IMG/VR virus record: IMGVR_UViG_3300031993_000019
DNA length: 64,000 nt
Strand: one strand, 5' to 3'
DNA from: a virus
Taxonomy: Duplodnaviria; Caudoviricetes
The notes under the pieces were generated by a model. It searched no databases and was not told the origin of the DNA. It saw nothing but the letters and a program-made list of their open reading frames with translations. Made by a program: the position numbers and the translations under genes. Numbering within the stretch: position 1 is the first letter of the stretch; each line of letters begins with the position of its first letter. This document shows positions 1 to 8,901 of the stretch, piece after piece.

Positions 1-645
1 AGTCTGTGTACCTTTTTCTGGATTAGTCCAGTACTCGTTACCATACCGACTAAATTTAGTTTTCTTAGACTTTATTTTTATTGCCTCTAATTGAAAAACA
101 TTTGCTGCCCCATATTTTTCTAAGTTATTCTGTTTTAGAGTTTCGGCCCGCTTTGCTTGAGCCCCTTGTGTATGCCCGGCTGTTTTACATTGAGGTAGCT
201 GTGTGGCAAAGGCTACGCCATATTTAGTCAGTAATGTCTGCTTAGATTTATCTTGTACTTCTTTTGCTTGATTAGGGCTCTCGGTACTATACTTTACTAG
301 CGAGGTTTGTTTAGTTTTGTTGTTTCTTGCCCTTAATTTCTCTGGGTCATCAAAATTATGTTTATTTAGTTCTCTTTGGATCTGTCGCTGGCCCGGATTT
401 ATCACTCCATAGCGTTCTAAATAGACTTGTCGTTTTAATTCTGCTATACAAGAGTTTGATCCGCAAGTTCTATCATATTTAATGTGCTTAAATGCGCGGT
501 CTTGTCCACAAAATGGACAAATATGGTCCAATTTAAGCCACTGATCTGCATATTCTTTTCTTGAAATACTGTGTACTTTTTGTAAATGCTTTGTTAATAC
601 CTGCTCATTTTTAAATTCATTTAAACAAAGTAAGCAACTAATCAT
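1..645 (-). CDS. Homing-endonuclease-like protein, 5' part (runs off the window): C2H2 zinc finger, CxxC motif and KYG-type repeats
   Basis: Not in the ORF track. My translation from ATG 645 (GGAGG RBS upstream) is MISCLLCLNEFKNEQVLTKHLQKVH...CPFCG...ERYGV...KYST...KYGVA...EKYGAAN...SRYGNE, open to base 1. Such repeats are typical of free-standing phage endonucleases; no nuclease domain is visible in the window. Confidence 0.6.
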   Translation of the reverse strand, partial: MISCLLCLNEFKNEQVLTKHLQKVHSISRKEYADQWLKLDHICPFCGQDRAFKHIKYDRTCGSNSCIAELKRQVYLERYGVINPGQRQIQRELNKHNFDDPEKLRARNNKTKQTSLVKYSTESPNQAKEVQDKSKQTLLTKYGVAFATQLPQCKTAGHTQGAQAKRAETLKQNNLEKYGAANVFQLEAIKIKSKKTKFSRYGNEYWTNPEKGTQT

Positions 646-738
646 GCCAAATTACCTCCAATTTTACTTTCATATAATTTAGCAGTCATATTATCCCACT
701 ATTACAAATGTCATCAAAAACGATATAATAGTTATAAC

Positions 739-1602
739 TTAGTAGTCCTGTCTAAAATGATGTGTTATCACAAGCTTACCTGTTTTTTCTGCTTCCTGCA
801 ATTTTGTTAATACGGCAGGATCAATTTCTGTATTATTTAAATCCAAAATACTATCTGTAGTATATACTACATCTATATATTCAAATGCTGCCCCTTTTGC
901 AATATTATATTCACAATGTGAAATTACAAGGATGACCTTTTCAACACCCTTTTCTTTAAGGGCTTTTGCTGCTGCCACATGTGTGCCTGCGTAAGAGCAA
1001 ATATCGTCGATAATGGCGACCGTTTTTGCGCCTTCTGGGAAGTTCATAAGCTCATAGGACTCGACTCGGCCTTCCGCATTACGATGTTTGTTGCCGATAA
1101 TAACAGGAAAATTGCCGACGTCCATAGTAGTGCTGTACTTCTTTGCCGCGCCGGTATCTGGAAACATGACCGCATCAAGATTATCGACTTTCGACGGAGT
1201 GAAGAACTCATAGTCCCTGACCCTAACACGATCGATAAGAGCAGTACTGACATCAGAGTGTGGATCGAGTACATATACTCGTTTGAAATTGAGAGAATTG
1301 ATGATCTCTGCAAAAACCTTCAAAGTAAAGAGTCGTCCACTGACTTTTCTGTCTTGCCTTGCATGCGGAATGTAGGGCAGTTCGAGATATACGGTATTAG
1401 TCTCCTCGTGAAGCTCTTTTGCAAGGCAGCAAACTGCAAATAGTTCGGCATCGTTATCATATGCCCATGTAAGCGTTGCACAGTCTCCGACTTTGATTCC
1501 GAGATTGTCCGATACGAGCCAGCCAGGCTCGATCGTCTTGCACTTCAGAGTATTGTCACCGAACGTTTCAAGCTCTACCTTATGACCGTTTACTTTAATC
1601 AT
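739..1602 (-). CDS. prs: Ribose-phosphate pyrophosphokinase-like protein (Prs family; possibly an Adps-type ADPR-PP synthetase)
   Basis: LPYIPHARQDR, LDPHS, FPDTGAAKKY and the PRTase motif IIDDICSYAGT. Confidence 0.85.
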   Translation of the reverse strand: MIKVNGHKVELETFGDNTLKCKTIEPGWLVSDNLGIKVGDCATLTWAYDNDAELFAVCCLAKELHEETNTVYLELPYIPHARQDRKVSGRLFTLKVFAEIINSLNFKRVYVLDPHSDVSTALIDRVRVRDYEFFTPSKVDNLDAVMFPDTGAAKKYSTTMDVGNFPVIIGNKHRNAEGRVESYELMNFPEGAKTVAIIDDICSYAGTHVAAAKALKEKGVEKVILVISHCEYNIAKGAAFEYIDVVYTTDSILDLNNTEIDPAVLTKLQEAEKTGKLVITHHFRQDY

Positions 1603-2114
1603 TATTCTACCTCAATCTGGCAAGATTCCATTACGCTCATAGCGGCGTTGTGTTTTTCTTTGGTTAATCCCGCACACAGATTAGAAACAACCTTAATTTT
1701 TGTGTTTGGGAACATAGCGCGCAAAATCAAAGCGTTGCTACAAACACAAATATCAGACACCAGACCACAGATAGTGATTTCTGTCGGATCTTTAATAATT
1801 TTTTTCCACGAAAGGCTGCCGAATGTTGTTTTTTCAACAACCGTAGATTGCTTCGTTAAAAACAACAGTTCATCAACAATCTCCCATCCCTTTGTTCCTT
1901 TGATGCAATGTGGAACCGGCAGGTTTTTGCCCTCGAGAGTATTGAGATAATCTTGATTGTGGGTGTCCATTGTAAATACGACACGATCAAACCGATTGTG
2001 CTGATAATAGTAAACGATCTTTTCTGCAACGCCGACAGCGTCGTCGTTCTTTAACGCGCCGGTTACAAAGTCGTTTTGCATGTCAATAATTACAAAATAT
2101 TTTTTTTCTTTCAT
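1602..2114 (-). CDS. pncA: Nicotinamidase / isochorismatase-family cysteine hydrolase
   Basis: IIDMQNDF, TMDTH, PHCIKGTKGW, EKTTFGS and GLVSDICV (Asp/Lys/Cys catalytic triad present). Confidence 0.85.
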   Translation of the reverse strand: MKEKKYFVIIDMQNDFVTGALKNDDAVGVAEKIVYYYQHNRFDRVVFTMDTHNQDYLNTLEGKNLPVPHCIKGTKGWEIVDELLFLTKQSTVVEKTTFGSLSWKKIIKDPTEITICGLVSDICVCSNALILRAMFPNTKIKVVSNLCAGLTKEKHNAAMSVMESCQIEVE

Positions 2115-2136
2115 CTTATATCTCCTTTATTTTTTT

Positions 2137-2223
2137 TGGCGGGAAGAGAAGGATTCGAACCTTCGGGCCCACAGGGCCAACGGTTTAGCAAACCGTCGCA
2201 TTCAGCCTCTCTGCCATCTCCCC
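2137..2223 (-). tRNA. tRNA-Ser(GCT)
   Basis: Cloverleaf with GGGGAGA/TCTTCCC acceptor stem, ACGGT-TTGCTAA-ACCGT anticodon arm, long variable arm, GGTTCGAATCC T arm and encoded GCCA end. Confidence 0.95.
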
Positions 2224-2228
2224 ACAAA

Positions 2229-2597
2229 TTAGAACCTATTTCCCCACCTGTCTCTAGGATTGGAGGTGGATAGACTGATTCGTCCTTTCTCAATATTACT
2301 GCCACAATTGGGGCATACATACGAGGTTACAAGATAAGTAACATCCGCAAACATGTCGTCATCCCCATAGCCAGCATCCGTATATACGCATTCACCAATA
2401 ATTACCTCAGTATCGGAAACCGTCTGTAAGTTTGCCTTCGGATAGTACCCGCTACACTTCTCACAGTAAATGTAATTTTCTTGCAAGTCTTTTCTTACCT
2501 TTATGAGTTCGCGTTCTGCCTCATTTTTTATTTTGTTCAGCTTATCAATCCTATCTTTAACAGGCAGACCGTTAAGTTCTTCAAAATTAAAACTCAT
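2229..2597 (-). CDS. Hypothetical protein with two CxxC pairs (zinc-ribbon-like)
   Basis: YCEKC...VCPNC; GGAG RBS upstream. Confidence 0.7.
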   Translation of the reverse strand: MSFNFEELNGLPVKDRIDKLNKIKNEAERELIKVRKDLQENYIYCEKCSGYYPKANLQTVSDTEVIIGECVYTDAGYGDDDMFADVTYLVTSYVCPNCGSNIEKGRISLSTSNPRDRWGNRF

Positions 2598-2615
2598 ATT
2601 CTATCATCTCCATAT

Positions 2616-2719
2616 AGGCGTTTTTAGTGTTTGCCTTTACAGACGAATCTGTGTTTGCTGACTGCCGACACTTCGACGGGAGTGGTTTTCATCCTCCGTT
2701 GCTCTTCGCAACCATCTGT
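2616..2719 (-). ncRNA. Candidate structured ncRNA immediately 3' of tRNA-Thr
   Basis: Closing stem ACAGATGG/TCGTCTGT encloses three hairpins (GTTGC/GCAAC, GGAG/CTCC, GTGT/ACAC); non-coding; no T-loop consensus. Confidence 0.35.
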
Positions 2720-2720
2720 T

Positions 2721-2795
2721 TGGAGCTGGTGATAGGAATCGAACCTACAACCTGAGCATTACAAAGGCCCTGCTCTGCCGTTGAGCCACACCAGC
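2721..2795 (-). tRNA. tRNA-Thr(TGT)
   Basis: GCTGGTG/CACCAGC acceptor stem, GCTC/GAGC D stem, TTTGTAA anticodon loop, GGTTCGATTCC T arm, encoded CCA; one C-U mismatch in the anticodon stem. Confidence 0.92.
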
Positions 2796-2803
2796 AATTA
2801 TTA

Positions 2804-3013
2804 TTAATATTTTACGGGCGCCTCCGGAAGCTCCGTCCAATGAGTCACCTTCCACGGAAAGTTTACCCTGTCATCATACAACCATCTTCTCACTACTCCA
2901 GAGCGCAGTCGAACCGTTTCAAAACGCATAGGCATAACCATACCATCCGCGCAAACGACGTACCAACCATCCTTCTCAGGAAGACAATCTCCTACACGAT
3001 GCCACTCTACCAT
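2804..3013 (-). CDS. DUF551-like small phage protein
   Basis: EWHRVGDCLPE...VTHWTELPEAP pattern; start moved to ATG 3013 after a GGAGGG RBS. Confidence 0.75.
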   Translation of the reverse strand: MVEWHRVGDCLPEKDGWYVVCADGMVMPMRFETVRLRSGVVRRWLYDDRVNFPWKVTHWTELPEAPVKY

Positions 3014-3014
3014 A

Positions 3015-3326
3015 TTAATCCCCCTCCTTCTCATACTTAATAACCGTTACAAGCGTTCTTGCGTGACGATTGTTGCCACGAAACACGTAAAAGAAGCCCT
3101 CAAAGAACCGGATCATCATAGAGGCGTTAAACTTGTTGCTGTCGAAGTGCTTAACGATATAATCGTACTGTTCCTGCGTCATGGTGAAGTAGGTGGCTCC
3201 GTTATACCTCGCTTCTTTCACAAGCTTTTGCCACGAACGATGATCGCCATACGTGCCAACACGTTCTTTAAGGCGCTTCATAGCGTGATCTGTAATAGTG
3301 ATGTTCTTCTGAATGGTGTGTTCCAT
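3015..3326 (-). CDS. Hypothetical protein (ITDHAxKRLKER motif, possibly RelE-like fold)
   Basis: Start ATG 3326 after a GAGG RBS, directly downstream of a consensus promoter. Confidence 0.65.
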   Translation of the reverse strand: MEHTIQKNITITDHAMKRLKERVGTYGDHRSWQKLVKEARYNGATYFTMTQEQYDYIVKHFDSNKFNASMMIRFFEGFFYVFRGNNRHARTLVTVIKYEKEGD

Positions 3327-3363
3327 GTGATATTTTTGCCTCTCTTTCTTTATTTTCGAGACC

Positions 3364-3392
3364 ATTATATCACACGGAACACATCCTGTCAA
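3364..3392 (-). promoter_or_regulatory. sigmaA/sigma70 consensus promoter
   Basis: TTGACA-17 nt-TATAAT with extended TGn. Confidence 0.85.
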
Positions 3393-3407
3393 GTGTTTTT
3401 CAAAAAA

Positions 3408-4844
3408 TTATAAAATTATTTCTGTTCCTTTATTTACACACACAACTCTTGTGGTCTTATTCTTCTCCGAGATTTTATTTTCAAGCTCAGAAGAGAACGC
3501 TATTTTCTTATCCATCTCTCCATGAACGAGATAAATCTTCTCGCAAGAAATAGAAGAGTAATAGTCTAGAAGGGAGTCTCGCTGCATATGAGAAGAAAAG
3601 CTGGTCAAGTTAGTAATTTGACACTTGTTACTTCTTTTTCTGCCGGCGATCGTAATCGTCTTCTGCGTTTCGTTCTTAATCGTATACGCGATCGATCCGG
3701 GCGGAGCATACCCAACCGTAATGATACGGTCGTTCTTATTCGGCAACATTTCCGAACACCACGCTACCGCGCGACCGCCAACGAGGAAGCCCGACGACGC
3801 TATGACAACACACGGGCTGTGTACTTCTTCGCGGAAATGTTTACTGTCGAGATAGTCGCCAACATATACGAACCGGTCCCAAGACTTCACCCTATTCCAC
3901 TTTCTCAGTTCGTTTCCGGACAAAACTTTTGAATATGCCTCGCAGACAGACCGAGCCATCGGACTATCAATTAAGATAGGAATATTAAATGTCTTGTCGT
4001 TATGAAAGCAGTCGTATAACACTGTCATAATCGTTTGAGTTCTATCGATAGCGAAACTAGGGATTAGCACCCGCCCCCTTTCGTCGATACACGTTTGAGT
4101 GATTGACGATACGAGTTTTTCGATATCCTTCTTGCGCGTCTTATCAGTTGCGATCCGTTCTTCGCCGCTGTATGTACTTTCTCCAATAACAATATTAGCC
4201 GACTCCACCGGCTCAAACGGATAAACATAATCCTTTTGGATGTGTGTGTTGCCAAGATCCGACGTATAGAGGATCTTTTTCGTAACAACTCCGTCAGAGA
4301 GCCAAAGCTCTAACTGACACGCTCCGACGATGTGCCCAGACGGAACGAAACGAAACTTGAGATATTCGTCAACTTCGATAATTTCGCCGGGCGCATATTC
4401 ACGCACCTTATTCAAAGATGCTTCAACATCTGTACCTGTATAATAAGGAAGATATTCTCTTCCGAGTTTTCTTGATAGTTCTTCTGCGTCACACTCAATG
4501 ATGTGCGTGCTGTCTTTCCACAAAATCTCGGCAATCGCTTTCGATTTGTGGGGCATTACGATCTGTCCGGAGAACCCCCTCGCAACCGCGAGAGGGATCA
4601 ATCCGGCGTGGTCGAGATGCAAATGTGGCACAAAGATGTACTCGACGTCCTTCGCCTTGAATGCGAACTTCCTCGAATTAACTTTCCATGCGTCGAGTTT
4701 ACTCCCGCACGTCTGCCACATTCCGAGCTCTAACAGAATTTTATGATACGGTGTTTCGATGTAGGTGCATGATCCGGTAACGTCATGGGCGTTTTCTCCG
4801 CAAAATAAAATCCGAATTTTATTGTTTTTGTTTTTTCGGCCCAT
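3408..4844 (-). CDS. Metallo-beta-lactamase / beta-CASP nuclease (YSH1-like)
   Basis: VTGSC, HLHLDHAG, SGHIVGA, YTSDLG, GESTYS, FSSH, LVHGE. Confidence 0.9.
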   Translation of the reverse strand: MGRKNKNNKIRILFCGENAHDVTGSCTYIETPYHKILLELGMWQTCGSKLDAWKVNSRKFAFKAKDVEYIFVPHLHLDHAGLIPLAVARGFSGQIVMPHKSKAIAEILWKDSTHIIECDAEELSRKLGREYLPYYTGTDVEASLNKVREYAPGEIIEVDEYLKFRFVPSGHIVGACQLELWLSDGVVTKKILYTSDLGNTHIQKDYVYPFEPVESANIVIGESTYSGEERIATDKTRKKDIEKLVSSITQTCIDERGRVLIPSFAIDRTQTIMTVLYDCFHNDKTFNIPILIDSPMARSVCEAYSKVLSGNELRKWNRVKSWDRFVYVGDYLDSKHFREEVHSPCVVIASSGFLVGGRAVAWCSEMLPNKNDRIITVGYAPPGSIAYTIKNETQKTITIAGRKRSNKCQITNLTSFSSHMQRDSLLDYYSSISCEKIYLVHGEMDKKIAFSSELENKISEKNKTTRVVCVNKGTEIIL

Positions 4845-4861
4845 ACATCATCACCGACCGA

Positions 4862-5536
4862 TCAATAGAAGATTTTATTCAGATCGTCTACGATTTCGTC
4901 GATGAGGCCGTACTTCAACGCATCGTCTTCATCCATCCACCAATCTTTTGGTGCTCTGGTTTTGTATGTCTTGGAATCAATCTTGGTTGCGCTGATTAAC
5001 CAGTCCGTTGCCTTTTTGTCAATCTTATCCATATATTTCTTCATGGAGTCTGCATTTTCTTTCTGCCCGCTATACCGTACAGATCCAGAATGAATTAAAT
5101 GGCCGGCGCCTCGCAAAGAAAATCTTTTATGACCAGAAACAAGAATCAAACAAGCGGCCGACAAAGCATGATTTACGTTTACAGTATAAACAGGAGTTTT
5201 AGACCCCTTAATCGCGTTAACGAGCACCCACGTCCCAAGCAGGTCTCCTCCCTCAGACGCGATGCTGATCCAAATTGGCTTACGCTGCTCAACCGGGATA
5301 TTCTGTTTTTCATCAGCCATATTCCATCTTTGAATTTGATTAACGACTTCATTCGTTGTCGTACACGGTCCTGCCTCATCGATTCCGTTAATCTCTCCGA
5401 CAACGTAAATGACGCGCCTGTCAATACCAACGCCCATATTTGAGTCTTCATAAATGTGATAATCGTCTAAGTCGACGAAGTTTGATGCTTTAAACGCATC
5501 CGGCAGGCTTACAACAGTTTTCTTTTCGTTATCCAT
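4862..5536 (-). CDS. clpP: ClpP-family protease
   Basis: IASEGGD, ALSAA (catalytic Ser), LIH (His), KDWWM (Asp), ALKYGLIDEI. Confidence 0.85.
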   Translation of the reverse strand: MDNEKKTVVSLPDAFKASNFVDLDDYHIYEDSNMGVGIDRRVIYVVGEINGIDEAGPCTTTNEVVNQIQRWNMADEKQNIPVEQRKPIWISIASEGGDLLGTWVLVNAIKGSKTPVYTVNVNHALSAACLILVSGHKRFSLRGAGHLIHSGSVRYSGQKENADSMKKYMDKIDKKATDWLISATKIDSKTYKTRAPKDWWMDEDDALKYGLIDEIVDDLNKIFY

Positions 5537-5569
5537 AAAATTTCTCCTTAATTATATATTCAAAGCAGA

Positions 5570-8500
5570 TTACTGCTCCTGAACAGAATCATACCCGGCA
5601 AGCAAACCAAGAAGCCAGGTTTGTTTGGCGATAACCCTTGTTGTCTGGATGCATTTATTTACCGAGAACCACGTTCCGATAAGCCTGCACCATTTCTTAC
5701 CACGGGTGATTGCCGTATAAAGATATTCTTTTGTGAGCATAATCACAGAGCTCGGATCGCACACCGCAATGACGTATTTAAACCCAGAACCCTGCGACTT
5801 CGCGCAAGTAATCGCATAACCAAGCTGCACATTGGCAAGCTCGCTACGCGTCAATGGTATGTCTCCCTGGGGCAACCTAATAATCAACTCCCCATCTTTC
5901 TTGTTTACCGATACGACAGTACCGATGTTGCCATTGTAAATCGGTTCTGGCGTCCCGTTTACGTTAAGAGACGTATAGTTGTTTTTTGTTACAATAATCC
6001 GGTCGCCAACATGGTAACATATCTGGTACTTTGTATTTCCGTCTGTATAGTCCTTTGTGATGCCATCGTCTCCGAAGTCGAACAGTGCCTGAATTCTCTT
6101 ATTTAATTCAACGGCAGAAAGCTGGCCGGCACATCGCTTCGCGGTGACAACCACCACATCTTCCGGCGAGATCTTCTTCGTAAAGCAGAGATCTTTATAT
6201 GCGCTAATAACTTCGTTCGCGCATACATCAGAATCATCTACTATGTCTATCTCAAAATCTTTTAGCTCTCCATGGACCACAATGCCAGACATGCCTTTTG
6301 ACAGAATCGGTTGTTGGTGATACACCCTCACGGAATCCGTAATAATACCAGACATCGCCGCTTGACGAAAGATTTTCGTAAGAGATGCGTGCGATACCGC
6401 CTGAGAGTTTGCAAGATCGGAAATCAGATTGCACAAACCAATCGACTCAAGCTGCCCCGGATCGCCGATCATAATTAACTTGGCACCGGTTTTGATTGCC
6501 TGGATTAAACTGTAAAACAGTTCTCCGCCAACCATTGACACCTCATCAAGAATGATTGCGTCGTCTGGCAGTTTACAGTCTTTGTCATACATAAATCTTT
6601 CGCGAGCAGGGTCATACGCAAGAAGACGGTGAATCGTCTTTCCATCTTCGTTTGTCAACTGTCTCAGATTTAAGGACGCTTTACCGGATAGTGTACACTG
6701 CGAAAAAGTCATATCGTTCTTCCGCAAAATACGCGTAACAGGATACATCAAGGAACTCTTACCGCAGTTTCCGGTGACGAAGATGTGATCGTTGCATCGC
6801 AAAACGAGCATAGTAGACTCGACCATGAAGCAGTACTTAAAACCATCTTTAGACTGCACTGGTTGAATCTCCGTCTTATGGTGGTCCGGACGAATGTCTG
6901 CACAAATACCAACCATATCACGCTCTGTTACAACGACACTATACTCGGCAGACTTCCTCGTATAAATCTTTCCACACGTAAAATACTTTTTGCCGGATCT
7001 ATCTTTTTCAATAATCTTGGCTCTATATCCACATGCGGAATATGCAAACTGTACAAAATCTGCCGTGGCGCGGTTGGCCGTTGAAAACCGCTTTCTTTTC
7101 ACACCATATTGTGATAAATTAATGTTACCATCCCAAAACATAATGTTGTCACATATAATTTTGAGCTGGTGGTTGTTACATCTATACCAGTATGATGTAA
7201 AAAACTTTTCTCTTCTGGGAGCGTCAATATATAAGTCTGTATATCCGGGCGCCGAAGACTCGACCTCTCTCCACTGGATCTGCGCCTCTTTGAAGATACG
7301 GCGCAACTCTTCCTTCTTACGGTCTTTCTTAATATGAAAACGGCATCTCATATAAGAGCCCGCGTTCTGGTTGTTTTCTACTTTCTTATAAAAAGAACCG
7401 TCGCAAATAACAGCACACATAACCTTGATCTGTGCGTCTGTTAAATCAATGCCCGGACCGTCGTAGAAGAAAGAGGTCTTAAATCTTCCGCAAAACCCAC
7501 CGGTTGAGGACTGCTGCTCTTTGATGATATCGGAAACCGTACATGATTTCCTCACACCGTTTGGCGTCCAATAAACGACATTGTGATCGTCGCTGATCGT
7601 TTGATTAACGCCGTATTTTGTCTCAAAATGATAAAGCGTTTCGCAGGGTCTCTTAATATACATTAGTGGTTCTGTCAAAGAGGCCGAACCGTCTGCGTTA
7701 TACTGTAAGACGAGATCGCCCGGTTGATACTCACAAATCTTTTTCCACGTCTCTCCGTTAAAAAACTCGGTATCGCGGTCAACGCAACCTGCCAGCGCTG
7801 TCAAAAGACACACATTTGATTCGCAGATTTTTCTGATCGCGTCTTTCTGCTCGTCTGTATACTCGTACCCCACCGAACATTCGCACTCTTTAATTGTCTC
7901 ATCAATGTATTGGATTTTACGAACACACCTTGCATCTCTGAGACGGAGCAGCTCTTTGTAGATATTCTCTTCGAGAGCCCTGTATCTCATTAGGCCTATG
8001 CGACGATTCTCTCTGTCGTAATAAAGCTGATTGTCTTCCAGAAGTTTTTTAAAGAGAACCTTAAGTTGTTCGTTTGTAATCGTGGGCGAAAGACCCTTCG
8101 CATTGGCAACAATAGTATCCAGTGGGACCCACGTATGGCCGTCTGTCTCTGCGAGGTTCTTCAAATAATACTTGATATACGCACACACACGAAAATCGGA
8201 ATCCTTTTTTATGCCGGAGCTTAACGCCATGGAGTCTGCCTTCGCCCATCCAATTCCGTCGCACTCATCAATAAGGACGTACGGATTTCTCGTAACCCTT
8301 TCGATAAGTGTTTGGGCCGACTTATATCTGTCGACTAGTTTGTCGATCATATATTTTGTCAGTCCATAATCATACAAGACGGCATACGCCTCAGAGTTGT
8401 CCTTTGAGTTGTCGTACTTGTTGAGAATCTTTTCCGCGGTAACGCGTTTAATCCCCTTAATCTTACACAGGGCGTCTATCCTGTGGTTCTCCAAAATCTC

Positions 8501-8887
8501 TTTTGGGTCTGGGTACATACTGAATAGAGCGTCAACCTGCTTGTCGGTAAGAACATAAGACAGGAATTTACGCATACCAAACTCGTCGCTTAAATCGGCG
8601 GAAACATTCATGGCTTTAATTTGGTAGCCACAACCATACTTCGGGTCCTCCACAACATCAGCGGCAATCTTGTATTTTGTTCCACCGCGAAGTTCAGGGA
8701 CATTACCCTTAAAGGTAATATATCCTTCCTGATACCATTTGTTCTTCACCCTGTCGTCGACAGAGCCCGAGATAATCTTACCCACATACAGAACAAATAT
8801 TGCGAACGACCCGCCTTCCATTACCGGGGATTTCGGGAAAATTTGCTTATCCAAAAATCCCTCGACAACTAAGTCGGCCTTTAACAC
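5570..8887 (-). CDS. recD2: RecD2-like SF1B helicase interrupted by an intein
   Basis: HhH region, NPYVL...GIGWAKAD, split Walker A ALAG|CGKS, TIHRLL, LDEVSMV, GDPGQL, IFRQA, YAITCAKSQG, LYTAITRG. Confidence 0.92.
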   Translation of the reverse strand: MLKADLVVEGFLDKQIFPKSPVMEGGSFAIFVLYVGKIISGSVDDRVKNKWYQEGYITFKGNVPELRGGTKYKIAADVVEDPKYGCGYQIKAMNVSADLSDEFGMRKFLSYVLTDKQVDALFSMYPDPKEILENHRIDALCKIKGIKRVTAEKILNKYDNSKDNSEAYAVLYDYGLTKYMIDKLVDRYKSAQTLIERVTRNPYVLIDECDGIGWAKADSMALSSGIKKDSDFRVCAYIKYYLKNLAETDGHTWVPLDTIVANAKGLSPTITNEQLKVLFKKLLEDNQLYYDRENRRIGLMRYRALEENIYKELLRLRDARCVRKIQYIDETIKECECSVGYEYTDEQKDAIRKICESNVCLLTALAGCVDRDTEFFNGETWKKICEYQPGDLVLQYNADGSASLTEPLMYIKRPCETLYHFETKYGVNQTISDDHNVVYWTPNGVRKSCTVSDIIKEQQSSTGGFCGRFKTSFFYDGPGIDLTDAQIKVMCAVICDGSFYKKVENNQNAGSYMRCRFHIKKDRKKEELRRIFKEAQIQWREVESSAPGYTDLYIDAPRREKFFTSYWYRCNNHQLKIICDNIMFWDGNINLSQYGVKRKRFSTANRATADFVQFAYSACGYRAKIIEKDRSGKKYFTCGKIYTRKSAEYSVVVTERDMVGICADIRPDHHKTEIQPVQSKDGFKYCFMVESTMLVLRCNDHIFVTGNCGKSSLMYPVTRILRKNDMTFSQCTLSGKASLNLRQLTNEDGKTIHRLLAYDPARERFMYDKDCKLPDDAIILDEVSMVGGELFYSLIQAIKTGAKLIMIGDPGQLESIGLCNLISDLANSQAVSHASLTKIFRQAAMSGIITDSVRVYHQQPILSKGMSGIVVHGELKDFEIDIVDDSDVCANEVISAYKDLCFTKKISPEDVVVVTAKRCAGQLSAVELNKRIQALFDFGDDGITKDYTDGNTKYQICYHVGDRIIVTKNNYTSLNVNGTPEPIYNGNIGTVVSVNKKDGELIIRLPQGDIPLTRSELANVQLGYAITCAKSQGSGFKYVIAVCDPSSVIMLTKEYLYTAITRGKKWCRLIGTWFSVNKCIQTTRVIAKQTWLLGLLAGYDSVQEQ
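6767..7786 (-). mobile_element. 340-aa intein with a LAGLIDADG-like endonuclease region, inserted in the RecD2 Walker A motif
   Basis: Begins CVDRDTEFF, block B TISDDH, ends FVTGN with Cys as the +1 residue; removal restores ALAGCGKS; internal VICDGS and MFWDGN motifs. Confidence 0.9.
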
Positions 8888-8901
8888 ATCAAAACCCTCC
8901 G

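Noticed and set aside
2076-2320. Short ORFs 2076..2273 (+) and 2111..2320 (-)
   Set aside because: They overlap tRNA-Ser and have no protein-like features.
3408-4844. Apyc1-type anti-Pycsar enzyme
   Set aside because: Length and beta-CASP motifs fit the YSH1-like nuclease family rather than the shorter MBL phosphodiesterases.
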